From the NCBI GenBank assembly GCA_944324485.1, contig CALUWM010000003.1:3612-67611 (forward strand): DNA of 64,000 nt, given 5' to 3'. The DNA is from Candidatus Gastranaerophilales bacterium. Its GTDB lineage: Bacteria > Cyanobacteriota > Vampirovibrionia > Gastranaerophilales > Gastranaerophilaceae. Both the position numbers and the translations under genes were made by a program. Below are positions 9,017-18,582 of the stretch, piece after piece. Positions within the stretch are counted from its first letter, which is position 1; each line of letters begins with the position of its first letter. A model generated the notes under the pieces. It had not been told where the DNA came from and searched no databases. It worked only from the letters and a program-made list of their open reading frames with translations.

Positions 9017-10090
9017 TTAATTTTCGTTTGCTGTTTTTTTATTTAATTTATTATCAATAAGTTTTGCTCCCGATGAAAATATACTACCTACGGCAAATCC
9101 GGCAACCATCGCTTTTATACCGTTTAGTATAGGGAATATTGTACCTAATATTGGCATTGTTACTGTTGGAAAGAGTGGAAGCCCTAAGTTTAAAAGAAGC
9201 GATTTTCGTTCTTCTTTGTTGTCTGATGCTGCAAGAGCAACTCCAAATGTTCCTATTGGTATGGCAGCTGTTACTATATCAGATGGTGCTGCGCCATAGG
9301 CTATATCTCTTAATTTTGGTATCAGTTCTTCTTGTTGGATTTTATTATAATTTTCTATTGCTTTTTTGAGTGCCTCGCTTGCGCTCTCAGGTATATCAAT
9401 TATATTAGCATTTTCTTTTACTGTATTTGCAATTTTTGCATCCGATAGCGGATGGATTAAATTATTCCATAAGTTTTTAATTTTACCTTTATCTCCATTG
9501 AACAATTCTTTTGTTGTTAATTTTCCATTTTGGGCAGCTTCGGTTATACCTTGATTAAGATTATTAAATACATTGTCGTAATTTTGTAATGTAATTTCTG
9601 GTGTGCTGCCCCCTTCTGCTTCAAGAATAGCTTTTTGTGCTTTTTCAAATTTAGTTTTCATTGATTTATGTACATTGGAGCGATACCAGTCACTACATTT
9701 ATTGAACCCTTTTTTTATAAATTTTAATGGTGTTTTATTATCAATAAAGTCAATAATTCTACCTATGCATTCATCTTTTATGTTGTTTGTATTGTTTCCA
9801 AAATTTTCAATTATATCTTTAAAGTTTTCAGTATTGAAATTTGATGGAAACTTAAATTTTTTGCCACCGATTGCAAAACCTATCGCACCTAAAAACACTA
9901 AACCGACAGAACCTAATATGAACTTCTTTTTGGTTTTTTTCTTTTTAATTTCAATTTCGTCATTATAATATTTAATTTTTGGTTTTGAATTGTTATTTGA
10001 ATAGTTTTGAGTGCTTAAAAAATTTGTATCAGTAAATTTACTGTACAGATTTTTATTGCTATCAAATGTATTTTGATATGAATTTATCAT
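9017..10090 (-). CDS. hypothetical membrane protein
   Basis: 357 aa. Asn-rich N-terminus, a TM helix (FILGSVGLVFLGAIGFAIGG), a helical middle and a Gly/Ala-rich hydrophobic C-terminus. No family recognised. Confidence 0.55.
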   Translation of the reverse strand: MINSYQNTFDSNKNLYSKFTDTNFLSTQNYSNNNSKPKIKYYNDEIEIKKKKTKKKFILGSVGLVFLGAIGFAIGGKKFKFPSNFNTENFKDIIENFGNNTNNIKDECIGRIIDFIDNKTPLKFIKKGFNKCSDWYRSNVHKSMKTKFEKAQKAILEAEGGSTPEITLQNYDNVFNNLNQGITEAAQNGKLTTKELFNGDKGKIKNLWNNLIHPLSDAKIANTVKENANIIDIPESASEALKKAIENYNKIQQEELIPKLRDIAYGAAPSDIVTAAIPIGTFGVALAASDNKEERKSLLLNLGLPLFPTVTMPILGTIFPILNGIKAMVAGFAVGSIFSSGAKLIDNKLNKKTANEN

Positions 10091-10117
10091 ATATAAATAA
10101 AAACCCAGAGGATTAAA

Positions 10118-11320
10118 TTATTGCTTTTTCTTGGAGTTTTTTTTATTTTTTTCTTTTATTTTTGCAATTTCTTTTAAATTTGTTTTTGCATTATCTATTG
10201 AATATTTTGCAACGGGTCTTTTTGTTTTTCTATCGTAGAAAACAAGCCAATGACGAGCTTTTTTATCGGTTATACAAAACGAAAGTTTGCCTACAACTCT
10301 ATCTCCCGGAGCTATTGTTTTAAACCATAAAGATGTGTCACCAAAGGGGCTTGGGAAAAATATCTGTTCCGTATTTGAAGCAAGTGCTATATCGAAAGTT
10401 GAAAACGTGTAGTCTGTATAATTATCTATACCTAAGGATAAAACTATTGTATTTTCTACTCCAAAAGGATCTTTCTCAAGACTAATTGAGTTTATTCTTA
10501 CTTTTAAACCATCCAAAAAAAGTTCTTCTTGCTTAAATGCGTCTTTTGAAAACACCGGTAAGTCCATGCCGGTTTCAATTTTGATTTTTAGCTCATCACC
10601 CGGTTTTATCATAAAACCTTCACCTTTTTTTATAATTGCGCATGTAAGCCCGACAACTCCGCCAATTGCGGCACCTCCTGCAATGGTATAGCCATTGGAT
10701 GCAATTGCCGCACCAAGTCCTAACACGTTGAGTGCAAAAAAACCACCTGCTACACCGCCTAAAAGTGTGTAGCCGGCATGTGTTGCAAGAGTTTTTGCTG
10801 CACCTTTTACAAGATTATCTTTTGTTGTAAGTGATGCTTGTATGGGGATTTCTCTTCCGTCTGGAGTTACCATATAATCAAAATCTATATTGACATATCC
10901 GTCTCTACCCATATTTTTTGGATTTTCAATAAATTTTACCAATCCATGAACTATGGTACCGGTAGGAATTACTATTCCTTTATCTGTTTCAACGTCTGAT
11001 GTTACTTCTGCGAAGAATTCATCTCCTTCAAGCGTATAGCCCGAGCTTAATACTTGAGATACAGTTAAATTAATTGTATCTTTTTCGTCCAAGTGCTCAA
11101 TTTCACCGGTGAAGAGCTTTTTATCTAAGTCTTTTTCAAGTGTTTCGTCTTTTTGTACATGACCTGACATTGATGCACAATATGCAAACTGAACATTTGT
11201 CATATTAACAAATAAGACAGTTAGAATAATAGCTATTATTTTTTTAAGTTTAATCCCCATCGCTTGGTTAATATTATAATACGCATTTTTATTAAGTAAA
11301 ATATAATTAATTTTTTTCAT
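10118..11320 (-). CDS. hypothetical exported/membrane protein with a glycine-zipper segment
   Basis: Signal-like IIAIILTVLFVNMT (the real start may be M21 at 11260). Beta-rich domain, then GYTLLGGVAGGFFALNVLGLGAAIASNGYTIAGGAAIGGVVGL, then a beta-rich C-terminal domain. Confidence 0.55.
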   Translation of the reverse strand: MKKINYILLNKNAYYNINQAMGIKLKKIIAIILTVLFVNMTNVQFAYCASMSGHVQKDETLEKDLDKKLFTGEIEHLDEKDTINLTVSQVLSSGYTLEGDEFFAEVTSDVETDKGIVIPTGTIVHGLVKFIENPKNMGRDGYVNIDFDYMVTPDGREIPIQASLTTKDNLVKGAAKTLATHAGYTLLGGVAGGFFALNVLGLGAAIASNGYTIAGGAAIGGVVGLTCAIIKKGEGFMIKPGDELKIKIETGMDLPVFSKDAFKQEELFLDGLKVRINSISLEKDPFGVENTIVLSLGIDNYTDYTFSTFDIALASNTEQIFFPSPFGDTSLWFKTIAPGDRVVGKLSFCITDKKARHWLVFYDRKTKRPVAKYSIDNAKTNLKEIAKIKEKNKKNSKKKQ

Positions 11321-11366
11321 ATTTTTAAATTATAATTTTATTGTGTTTTTATATAAGGAGTGAAAT

Positions 11367-11675
11367 ATGAAAGATTGTATTTTTTGTAAAATCTTAAACA
11401 AAGAAATCCCTTCTAAGTTTGTTTATGAAGACGATTATTGTTTTGCGATTAACGATATTAATCCAAAGGCAAAAAAGCATATTTTGGTTATCCCTAAAGA
11501 ACATATTGAATCTTTAAATAGTGTAAATGATTTTGATATTGTAAAAAAAATGTTTGAAGCAATTAAAAAAATTAATAAACAGGAAAATATTTCTCATTTT
11601 AAAACTTTAATAAATACAGGTTCAAACGCTGGACAAGAAGTAATGCACTTACATATTCACATTTTATCGGATTAA
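11367..11675 (+). CDS. HIT-family (HinT-like) nucleotide hydrolase
   Basis: CIFCKI... and the histidine triad HLHIHIL. Confidence 0.9.
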   Translation: MKDCIFCKILNKEIPSKFVYEDDYCFAINDINPKAKKHILVIPKEHIESLNSVNDFDIVKKMFEAIKKINKQENISHFKTLINTGSNAGQEVMHLHIHILSD

Positions 11676-11677
11676 AT

Positions 11678-12229
11678 ATGTTACTGGATGAAAAAATATT
11701 AACGAAAAAACAATTAAGAAAAAATGCACTTGAAAAAAGGAAACTTTTTGCTGATTCGGGTATTCTTAAAAAAAACTCGTCTCTAATTGTTTCTAAAATT
11801 TTAAATTCTGATTTTTTTAAAAACGCTAAGCATGTTGGATTGTATTTTCCAATTAAAAATGAAGTTGATATTTTGTCTTTGCATAAAATAAAGGACAAGT
11901 TTTTTTATCTGCCCTCTTGTGTTGGTGATAAACTTGAATTTCGCCATTTCAACGGAATTGAAAATTTAAAATTGGGTTCTTTTGGAATTTTGGAATCTGT
12001 TTTACCTTCAATTAACCCTGAAATTTTAGATGTTGTTTTTATTCCTGCTTTAATGGCTAATAAAAATTGTTATCGTTTAGGATATGGCAAAGGCTATTAT
12101 GACAGATTTTTTAGTCAGAATAAATTAAAGGCAAAGAAAATTATTGTTGTTCAAAGTGCATTTGTAAGTGATATTTTTGTTCAAGATTTTTTTGATGTTA
12201 AATGTGATAGCATTTTGTCTGAAATTTAA
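11678..12229 (+). CDS. 5-formyltetrahydrofolate cyclo-ligase
   Basis: 183 aa with the C-terminal YRLGYGKGYYDRF motif. Confidence 0.8.
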   Translation: MLLDEKILTKKQLRKNALEKRKLFADSGILKKNSSLIVSKILNSDFFKNAKHVGLYFPIKNEVDILSLHKIKDKFFYLPSCVGDKLEFRHFNGIENLKLGSFGILESVLPSINPEILDVVFIPALMANKNCYRLGYGKGYYDRFFSQNKLKAKKIIVVQSAFVSDIFVQDFFDVKCDSILSEI

Positions 12230-12269
12230 TTTATTTGCTAAAAAAATAAAAATAATTTAAAATCGTTTT

Positions 12270-12851
12270 ATGGATGAGTTGAGAAAAAAACATATTGTTC
12301 AGATAATTTTTAAAGATAAGTCCATTAATGGTTTTGTTGTTGACTATACAGCAGACAGGGTTATGGTTTTGGTTGCTAAAGAGTTTTTGACTCTTGCTTC
12401 TGAAATAAAGGAGCTTGATGAAGTTGAGGTACTTGTATATACTCATCTTGGACTTAAAAAGATGAAAAGCTCTGTTATATCTGAAATAAATAACGACAAT
12501 TGTATTGTTATTGAAAATACACCTTCTTATCCTGTTGAGCAAAAGCGTGAATTTGCAAGAGTTTTAAGCGCTATTAAATTTAACGTAATAAAAAAAGATA
12601 ATGTATTTAATTGCAACTGTGTTAATATATCAGCAGGAGGAGTTGCGTTTTTTTGCGATGAAGCTAACTTTAAAATTGGAGAGACAATTAAAATAAAATT
12701 TTTTGAGCGAGATTTTGGACGAGATATTATTTGCACCGCAGATATTGTTAAGTCTAATGGTAATAATTTTGCAGCTAAATATCAAAATTTAAGTGGCTAC
12801 GATGAAGACAGAATTGTTAAACATGTATTTAAATTAATGGTTAAAGAATAA
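12270..12851 (+). CDS. PilZ-domain protein (c-di-GMP receptor, YcgR-like layout)
   Basis: REFAR (RxxxR) followed by NISAGGVAF (D/NxSxxG). Confidence 0.75.
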   Translation: MDELRKKHIVQIIFKDKSINGFVVDYTADRVMVLVAKEFLTLASEIKELDEVEVLVYTHLGLKKMKSSVISEINNDNCIVIENTPSYPVEQKREFARVLSAIKFNVIKKDNVFNCNCVNISAGGVAFFCDEANFKIGETIKIKFFERDFGRDIICTADIVKSNGNNFAAKYQNLSGYDEDRIVKHVFKLMVKE

Positions 12852-12866
12852 GAATTTGGAGTTATT

Positions 12867-14459
12867 TTGGAAAATATAAAAAAAATTGACAAAGAAATAA
12901 GTAAAATGACGAAAAAAGGCGAAATTCAACAAGCAATAGAATATTGTCAAAGTTTATTGTTAAAAGAACCCTCTGATACTAATTTACACATAAGATTGGG
13001 GGATTTGTACCTTGATTGGCATTTAGATATCTATCAAGCTAAACAATATATTGATGAAGCCATAACTGAATATCAAAAAGCCGCAGAAGTTTTAATTGAT
13101 AACGGTGAAATATATTATAAAATTGGATTAGCTTTATATCATAAAGGCGAGCTTGATAAAGCGATAAATTATTTTAATATTTCAATAGATAACAACGGAG
13201 ACAAAGCTCAAAATTATTATATGATTTCAAATTGCTTGAAGCGAAAAGATCGTTTTCAAGATGCTTTGGAAAATATAAATAATGCTTTAAAGCATGCATT
13301 TTTATCTACTTCAAGACTTCATTATTCAAAATCAAGACTTTTAAATGCTCTATATTTTAAAGATAAAAAAAAGAAGTTTCTTGCTGTATTTGAGCTTATT
13401 ATGTCATATTTAACTCTGCCATTTGATAAAGAAGCTAAAAAAAATTTAAAATCAAAATTGAAATGGTTTCAAATTTTACCTACTTTATTTAAGGCAGATA
13501 GTTATTTTGCTTCAGGTCAAATAGAGCTTGCTTTTGAATGTTATTCTAAAGCCATAGATAAAATGCCCGGCTTTTCTGCTTTGTATGTTGCTCTTGGTGA
13601 TACGTACAGGCGTGCTGGTAAATTAGAAGAAGCGATTATTGAATATAAAATGGCTCTTTGGATTGATTCTCTTAATCATAGTGCTTATTCAGGAATCGTA
13701 CAAGCATATGAAGAACTTGGTGATTATGACAATGCTATTAGTTATTATCAAAAATATATCAAAATTCATCCTTACAATGCGGTTTTACATTCCAACATTG
13801 CAAATTTGTATTTTATGAAGGGTGAAGCAGAAAAGGCAATATCGCATTATCAGTCTGCAATTTCGATTAATCCGAAACCTGACTGGACAAGTATTGTAGC
13901 TCAAACATTGGGTTACATTCAACAAAATGTAATTAAAAATGTTGATTGTGCTATTGCTAATTATCAAATGGCTCACATGTTAACACCTAAGGAAATAGAT
14001 GTATATATTTCTTTGGGTAGTGCATTTTATGATAATGAAGATTATAAAAATGCCTTAATTGTTTATCGTAGGGCGTTGGAATTAGAGCCTAAAAATTCAA
14101 GAATTCATTGTAATCTTGGTTATTTATATTGGGGCATGGGCGATCTGGATGAAGCCATAAAAGAATATTCATTGTCTATCAAATATGATCCAACTTATGA
14201 TATTGCACATAATAATCTTGGAGTTATTTATCTTGATGATTTAGTTCAGCTACAAAAAGCTATTGATTGCTTTAATATGGCTATTGAATGTAATCCAAAT
14301 TATGCTCTTGCTTATTATAATCTTGGAAGGTCTTACGCACTCAAGGGTGAAAATGTTGAAGCTGCAAAATATTTTCAGCAAGCAATGGATGTAAATAATA
14401 TTACTAATGAAATTGACCCTGCAGATATTCAAGAAAGATTGAATAATTTATTTAATTAA
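12867..14459 (+). CDS. TPR-repeat protein
   Basis: Repeated A..Y..AL...P/A..NLG..Y 34-aa units through the C-terminal half. The start is a TTG after GGAG. Confidence 0.75.
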   Translation: MENIKKIDKEISKMTKKGEIQQAIEYCQSLLLKEPSDTNLHIRLGDLYLDWHLDIYQAKQYIDEAITEYQKAAEVLIDNGEIYYKIGLALYHKGELDKAINYFNISIDNNGDKAQNYYMISNCLKRKDRFQDALENINNALKHAFLSTSRLHYSKSRLLNALYFKDKKKKFLAVFELIMSYLTLPFDKEAKKNLKSKLKWFQILPTLFKADSYFASGQIELAFECYSKAIDKMPGFSALYVALGDTYRRAGKLEEAIIEYKMALWIDSLNHSAYSGIVQAYEELGDYDNAISYYQKYIKIHPYNAVLHSNIANLYFMKGEAEKAISHYQSAISINPKPDWTSIVAQTLGYIQQNVIKNVDCAIANYQMAHMLTPKEIDVYISLGSAFYDNEDYKNALIVYRRALELEPKNSRIHCNLGYLYWGMGDLDEAIKEYSLSIKYDPTYDIAHNNLGVIYLDDLVQLQKAIDCFNMAIECNPNYALAYYNLGRSYALKGENVEAAKYFQQAMDVNNITNEIDPADIQERLNNLFN

Positions 14460-14508
14460 CTTAATAGGCTAATTAAATAAATTAACTTTTGTTATAGGAT
14501 TTATTATC

Positions 14509-15474
14509 ATGAGTATTTGGATTTATATCTTAAGACGAATAATAGGCAGTATTCCGATACTTTTTATGGTATCAATTATAAGCTTTTTTTTAATAAGATT
14601 ATCTCCTGTGGATCCTCTGGCACAACTTAAACTGAATCCTGCAATTAGCGTAGAGACTATTGAAAAAGAAAAAATCAGACTTGGGCTTGATAAACCTGTT
14701 ATAGTTCAATATTTTTTGTGGGCTAAAAATTTTGTATCAGGAAATATGGGCTATTGTACTGATAATACAAAAGTTTCAACCAAGATAAAGGATAGAATTT
14801 TAAATACTTTGCTTTTATCTTTCTGTGTTATAGTAACAAGCTGGATAATAGCTATCCCTCTGGGAGTTTTGGCTGCTGTTTATTATAATTCGTTTTTTGA
14901 TAGGCTATTAACGCTTTTTTCGAGTATTGGTATGGCTATTCCATCATTTTTCTTTGCTATATTAATGCTTCTTTTTGCTCAAAAAACAGGATGGTTTCCT
15001 CCTGGTGGTTTAACAAGCGCCAACTTTGATGAATTGAATTTTTTAAGTAAGATTTTAGATGTTGCTTGGCATTTATTTTTGCCGGTTTTTGTTTTAACAA
15101 CTATATCCCTTTCTTCTCTCATGCGTCAAATGAGAGCTAATTTGCTTGATGTTTTAAGTTCTGAATACATCAAATTTGCATATGCAAAAGGTTTGAAAAA
15201 AACTAAAATAATTTTAAAACATGCACTTAGAAACGCGGTTAATCCAATTATAACTCTTTTAGGCTTTGAATTTGCTGGTTTGCTTTCAGGCGCAGCATTA
15301 ACAGAATACGTTTTTCAATATCCCGGACTTGGAAAATTAATTCTTGAAGCAGTTATGCAATCTGACATAAATCTTGTTATGGCTAGCTTGATGATTGGAG
15401 CTTTTATGCTAATTGTCGGCAATTTAATTGCTGATATTTTGTTAAAAATTACCGATCCGAGAGTGAGGATTTAA
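14509..15474 (+). CDS. ABC transporter permease, OppB/DppB family
   Basis: 321 aa and 6 TM, with the conserved SEYIKFAYAKGLKKTKIILKHALRNA EAA loop. Confidence 0.9.
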   Translation: MSIWIYILRRIIGSIPILFMVSIISFFLIRLSPVDPLAQLKLNPAISVETIEKEKIRLGLDKPVIVQYFLWAKNFVSGNMGYCTDNTKVSTKIKDRILNTLLLSFCVIVTSWIIAIPLGVLAAVYYNSFFDRLLTLFSSIGMAIPSFFFAILMLLFAQKTGWFPPGGLTSANFDELNFLSKILDVAWHLFLPVFVLTTISLSSLMRQMRANLLDVLSSEYIKFAYAKGLKKTKIILKHALRNAVNPIITLLGFEFAGLLSGAALTEYVFQYPGLGKLILEAVMQSDINLVMASLMIGAFMLIVGNLIADILLKITDPRVRI

Positions 15475-16535
15475 TGCTTAAATTTCTTAGAATTTTAAAA
15501 AAAGATAAAATTCCATTTATAGCATTAATTGTTCTTTTTGCTATGTATTTTTTAATTTTATTTGCAGATTTTTTTGCGATATATCCTGCTACATATGCAA
15601 ACAGAAAGCTTGCATACCAACCTCCAAGTAATATATATATTGTTACTCCTGAAAATAAACTTAGTTTTCCTTATACTTATAATTTTGAAAAGTATTTTGA
15701 TGAAGATGCTTTATCTATCGAATATAAGCAATTAAGGGATAAAAAATATAAGATTAAATTTTTTTCAAAGGGATATGAATATAAACTATTTGGCATATTT
15801 AAGACAAATATTCATTTAATTTCAAAACCAGATGATTGTAACTTATTTATTTTGGGCACAGATATAAATGGACATGACGTATATTCAAGATTATTTTTTG
15901 GAGGCAGAATTTCACTTACGATTGGTTTTTTAGCTCTTTTGATTTCTTTTCCGATTGGAGCAATTTATGGTGGAATTTCTGGGTATATAGGTGGTAAGGT
16001 TGACAAGGTTTTAATGCGAATAGCAGAGGCAATTATGTCAATTCCAAGTTTTTATTTATTAATAATACTTGCTTCAATATTGCCTTCTAATATGACTTCT
16101 ATTCAGCGTTTTGCTTTGATTACTGCAATTTTAGCTTTTATAGGTTGGGCTGGTTTTTCAAGAGTAATTCGTGGCATGGTTTTGTCTATAAAAAATCAGG
16201 AATACATTAAATCAATCGAAACCATTGGTGCTTCAAAAAAAAGAATTATTCTAAGGCACATTTTGCCTCAAACTTCAAGCTATATAATCATTGCTATAAC
16301 TTTATCGGTTCCTTCTTATATCTTAGCGGAATCCGGTTTGAGTTTTTTGGGGCTTGGAATTCAACTTCCTGATGCAAGTTGGGGAAACATGTTAAGAGAA
16401 GCACAGGAGTTTGCTAATATAATTTATAGACCTTGGCTTTTAGTGCCCGGATTTTTAATTTTTATTGCAGTTTTGTCTTTTAATGTGTTAGGAGATAAAA
16501 TTAGAGATATGCTTGACCCTAAAACATTAAAATAA
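15474..16535 (+). CDS. ABC transporter permease, OppC/DppC family
   Basis: GTDINGHDVYSRLFFGGRISL and YIKSIETIGASKKRIILRHILP motifs. The start overlaps the upstream stop. Confidence 0.9.
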   Translation: MLKFLRILKKDKIPFIALIVLFAMYFLILFADFFAIYPATYANRKLAYQPPSNIYIVTPENKLSFPYTYNFEKYFDEDALSIEYKQLRDKKYKIKFFSKGYEYKLFGIFKTNIHLISKPDDCNLFILGTDINGHDVYSRLFFGGRISLTIGFLALLISFPIGAIYGGISGYIGGKVDKVLMRIAEAIMSIPSFYLLIILASILPSNMTSIQRFALITAILAFIGWAGFSRVIRGMVLSIKNQEYIKSIETIGASKKRIILRHILPQTSSYIIIAITLSVPSYILAESGLSFLGLGIQLPDASWGNMLREAQEFANIIYRPWLLVPGFLIFIAVLSFNVLGDKIRDMLDPKTLK

Positions 16536-16561
16536 TAAAGATAAATAAGGAATTAATTAAG

Positions 16562-17254
16562 TTGGAAAATATGAATGAAAATTTGGTAATAATATTTAGA
16601 GTTGTACTTGCGGTTTTGCTTTCTTTTATTCCGGGTATAGAAAGAGAACTTACAGGTAAATTTGCTGGGCTTAGAACACATATTCTTGTTTGTTTGGGAG
16701 CTTGTGTGTTTACTATTTTATCAATTTATGGTTTTGAAATGCGTATGTCTCCTGATATTATTGGAACAAATGATCCGGCGAGGATTGCCGCACAAATTAT
16801 AACCGGTATTGGTTTTATTGGTGCAGGTACGGTAATGAGACATGGCAGCAGTGTATTTGGTATTACAACGGCAGCAACATTATGGGTATGCGCTGCTATT
16901 GGTATGTGTTGCGGATGCGGACAATATTTAGTTGCAATTATTACTTCAATAGCAACACTAATTGTTTTAATTTTAATAAGAAGACTTGAAAAAAATGTTT
17001 TATCTAAGAGAAAAAAGGCGTATGCCCTTTATGAAATTTCTATTTCTGCATCTTTAAAAGATTGTGATACAATCCAAAATATTTTTGAAAATTATTTTCA
17101 TAAGGTGTTTAAGTTTAATAAAAAATTAGTAAATCATGAGGAGCTTAGATTTATAGCGGTTATTTCTACAAAAAAAACTTTAACTGAGCTAAATGATATT
17201 TTTAGAAAAATAATAGGAATAGAATCTATTGAAATAAAAGAGTATTATGAATAG
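16562..17254 (+). CDS. MgtC/SapB-family membrane protein
   Basis: GIERE...AGLRTHILVCLGA...DPARIAAQIITGIGFIGAG is typical of MgtC. Confidence 0.85.
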   Translation: MENMNENLVIIFRVVLAVLLSFIPGIERELTGKFAGLRTHILVCLGACVFTILSIYGFEMRMSPDIIGTNDPARIAAQIITGIGFIGAGTVMRHGSSVFGITTAATLWVCAAIGMCCGCGQYLVAIITSIATLIVLILIRRLEKNVLSKRKKAYALYEISISASLKDCDTIQNIFENYFHKVFKFNKKLVNHEELRFIAVISTKKTLTELNDIFRKIIGIESIEIKEYYE

Positions 17255-18512
17255 AAATTTTTTAACATCTTTAAAAGAATTATTTGTAACATTCCTTGTT
17301 ACGTCTTTGCTTGTGTTTTCTTTGTGTCTTTGTGTAGAGTTGGAGCTTTTGTTTAGATGCGAAGAAAATGTCAATAAAGAAGAATTAAATATGAAGAATC
17401 TTGTTGAGTTTTGTACAATAGAACAACTCGAAAAATATTTAAAAAAAGATCCTGCTAACTATTTTGTCAAAATTAAATTGGCACAGGTATATGAAAGCTT
17501 AAAAGAATATGATGATGCAAGAAGTTATTATAAAGATGCACTCAAAACGTCAGGAAATTCAAATTTTTCTATTTATTCATATGCAATATTCTGTGCAAAG
17601 AGGGCATATTATAATGAGTCTGCTACATTAGCTGAGCAACTTGCAGAAACTGATAAGAATGCTTTGATTTATAAAACTAAAATATATGAACAGCTAGCTT
17701 TGTCTTTTTTTGAAAATAAGCAATATAGTGCTTCAAATAAGGCATATCAAATTGCGTTTAAGTATGCTAAAAATTTAAAAGACAGAAGTTATTATAAAAA
17801 AATTCGTGATGCTTATAGTAAAAGCTACATTGACTTAGCTGATGATAATATTAAAAACGATAAAATATTGGAAGCTATTTCTGATTTAAAAAATTCATTG
17901 GCTATTAAATACACAGATATTGCAATGTATAAATTGGGTCTTGTAAATTTAAATATTGATAAATTTAGTGCAGAAAAATATATATCGAAAGTTTTTAAAA
18001 ACAATCCCTATATGGTAAATCCATATATATACAATAAATTATTATCAGAATTAATTGAAGAATCAAAAATTTCATCTGGTTTAAATAGCTCAGATTTTTA
18101 TACGGTTAAATTAAATATGTTTAAAAATACATTATCTAAAATTTATTTGTACAAAGATGATATTTCCGTTGAAAATTCATACATAGGTTTTAAGAAAGGT
18201 TTTTTCGATAAAAAGAAGAGATATTTTCTTGTTTTTGATGTTGAAAATAATACAAAATTTAAAATTAATTCATTATTTTTTCAAATAGAAATATTTGTTG
18301 AAAATAAGAAATACACAATAGAAAAGAAGCTTTTTTCTTCTGCTCATCCTCTTGATTTTTATGACAAGGCTGCATATAATAAAGTTTTTTTGCCAAAAGG
18401 ATTTAAACTTAATGATTTAAAATCTGAAAACAACATAATTATTAAGTATTATGCTAAAAAAGAAGAAAAAGCACCTTGGACTTTAATAAAAATAGATTCA
18501 TTAAATATTTAA
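17247..18512 (+). CDS. hypothetical membrane-anchored TPR-like protein
   Basis: N-terminal TM helix, TPR-like helical repeats and a beta-rich C-terminus. Overlaps the MgtC gene by 8 nt. Confidence 0.55.
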   Translation: MNRNFLTSLKELFVTFLVTSLLVFSLCLCVELELLFRCEENVNKEELNMKNLVEFCTIEQLEKYLKKDPANYFVKIKLAQVYESLKEYDDARSYYKDALKTSGNSNFSIYSYAIFCAKRAYYNESATLAEQLAETDKNALIYKTKIYEQLALSFFENKQYSASNKAYQIAFKYAKNLKDRSYYKKIRDAYSKSYIDLADDNIKNDKILEAISDLKNSLAIKYTDIAMYKLGLVNLNIDKFSAEKYISKVFKNNPYMVNPYIYNKLLSELIEESKISSGLNSSDFYTVKLNMFKNTLSKIYLYKDDISVENSYIGFKKGFFDKKKRYFLVFDVENNTKFKINSLFFQIEIFVENKKYTIEKKLFSSAHPLDFYDKAAYNKVFLPKGFKLNDLKSENNIIIKYYAKKEEKAPWTLIKIDSLNI

Positions 18513-18582
18513 TGCTGTACTTATTAGTTTTCTTGTGTTATTTTAGAAGTACAAATATTATTCTATGTAATTTTGGAGAAAC

